A stretch of DNA of 63,053 nucleotides, filler included, from Octopus bimaculoides (taxonomy: Eukaryota), in the NCBI RefSeq assembly GCF_001194135.2. It is 5 parts of 5 records of this genome, joined end to end, with 100 filler letters (N's around TTAATTAATTAA, not from the genome) between each part and the next. Parts side by side here need not be neighbours in the genome. Positions count along the whole stretch, not along the records: positions 51,072 to 63,053 come from NC_068982.1; 4 more parts are not named here. One strand, 5' to 3'. Both the position numbers and the translations under genes were made by a program. This document shows, piece by piece, positions 62,281 to 63,053 of the stretch. How positions within the stretch are numbered: position 1 is the first letter of the stretch; each line of letters starts with the position of its first letter. Below the pieces are notes generated by a model. It made no database searches and was not told where the DNA came from. It worked only from the letters and a program-made list of their open reading frames with translations.

Positions 62281-62364
62281 AAGTGCATATTCAAGTGAGT
62301 CTGAATATGGTGCAGTTTAAACTGGGTACATATTCAAGTGCATCTGAATAGTAAAGTACTGAAA

Positions 62365-62410
<46 letters not shown>

Positions 62411-62470
62411 AGTGCATATTTAAGTGAGTCCAAATATAGTGCCGTATACTATTCAAGTGAGTCTGAATAA
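62281..62470. repeat. Four copies of TATTCA-N8-TGAATA
   Basis: At 62288, 62331, 62417 (degenerate) and 62450. Confidence 0.85.
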
Positions 62471-62640
62471 TGTACAATGCATAATATATTCCAGTGTGTT
62501 GGAGACCTCAATGTGCATTGCAGGGACCCAAGGGGAAAAACCCCTTATATTCTCAATTTTGCAACCTTTGTGCTTCAACCCCATGCCACCTAAAATAAGT
62601 TGCAGGCTTATTAGGGGCTGTACAAGCACTGAGTAGTTTT

Positions 62641-62840
62641 TTTTCTTCTTTTTACTTGTTTCAGTCATTTGACTGCGGCCATGCTGGGGCACCGCCTTTA
62701 GTCGAGCAAATCGACCCCAGAACTTATTCTTTGTAAGCCTAGTACTTATTCTATCGGTCTCTTTTGCCAAACTGCTAAGTTACGGGGACGTAAACACACT
62801 GTCATCGGTTATCAAGCGATGGTGGTGGGGGACAAACACA
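62641..62840 (-). mobile_element. SINE family A 3' half
   Basis: CTTGTTTCAGTCATTTGACTGCGGCCATGCTGG..GGGACAAACAC. Confidence 0.9.
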
Positions 62841-63053
62841 TCATCATCATCATCATCATCATCGTTTAACGTCCGCTTTCCATGCTAGCATGGGTTGGAC
62901 GATTTGACTGAGGACTGGTGAAACCGGATGGCAACACCAGGCTCCAGTCTGATTTGGCAGAGTTTCTACAGCTGGATGCCCTTCCTAACGCCAACCACTC
63001 AGAGAGTGTAGTGGGTGCTTTTACGTGTCACCCGCACGAAAACGGCCACGCTC
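62841..63053 (-). mobile_element. LINE family R 3' tail
   Basis: (CAT)n GTTTAACGTCCGCTTTCCATGCTAGCATGGGTTGG..; the element runs off the window end. Confidence 0.9.

Noticed and set aside
62900-62955. CTGAGGA-ctggt-GAAAC..GTC hammerhead-like match in a LINE tail
   Set aside because: No stems form, and the core is not conserved in the sibling copy at ~61280.

Overview
This is eukaryotic, AT-rich, repeat-saturated DNA with about 8 kb of N gaps. The SINE families, microsatellite load and gap style suggest an octopus genome, probably Octopus bimaculoides (inference, not a database hit). Four identical 100-bp linkers (N44-TTAATTAATTAA-N44) show that the window is five joined scaffolds. No intact protein-coding gene, tRNA/rRNA gene or CRISPR array is supportable, and nearly all long ORFs in the supplied track are microsatellite or N artefacts. 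Supported content: (i) many tRNA-derived SINEs of at least three families; (ii) decayed non-LTR elements (RTE clade, a Neptune-type Penelope RT + GIY-YIG remnant, a CRE-clade restriction-like endonuclease remnant); (iii) several mariner/Tc1 remnants and MITEs, a hAT MITE with a perfect 8-bp TSD, and a Helitron-like 3' end; (iv) a few low-confidence splice-flanked exon candidates, mostly on the minus strand. The most interesting signals are ribozyme-like. A diverged tandem pair of ~315-bp units (10.8-11.3 kb) has a consensus that rebuilds a type I hammerhead, which is retrozyme-like architecture. Two more degenerate hammerheads sit in Penelope-like tails (23.1 and 42.0 kb), and a partial HDV-like fold lies at an RTE-like 5' end (41.3 kb). 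A duplicated 98-bp module (29.4/29.9 kb) shows synonymous-biased divergence and lies in an E-box/CTCF/POU motif-rich island.
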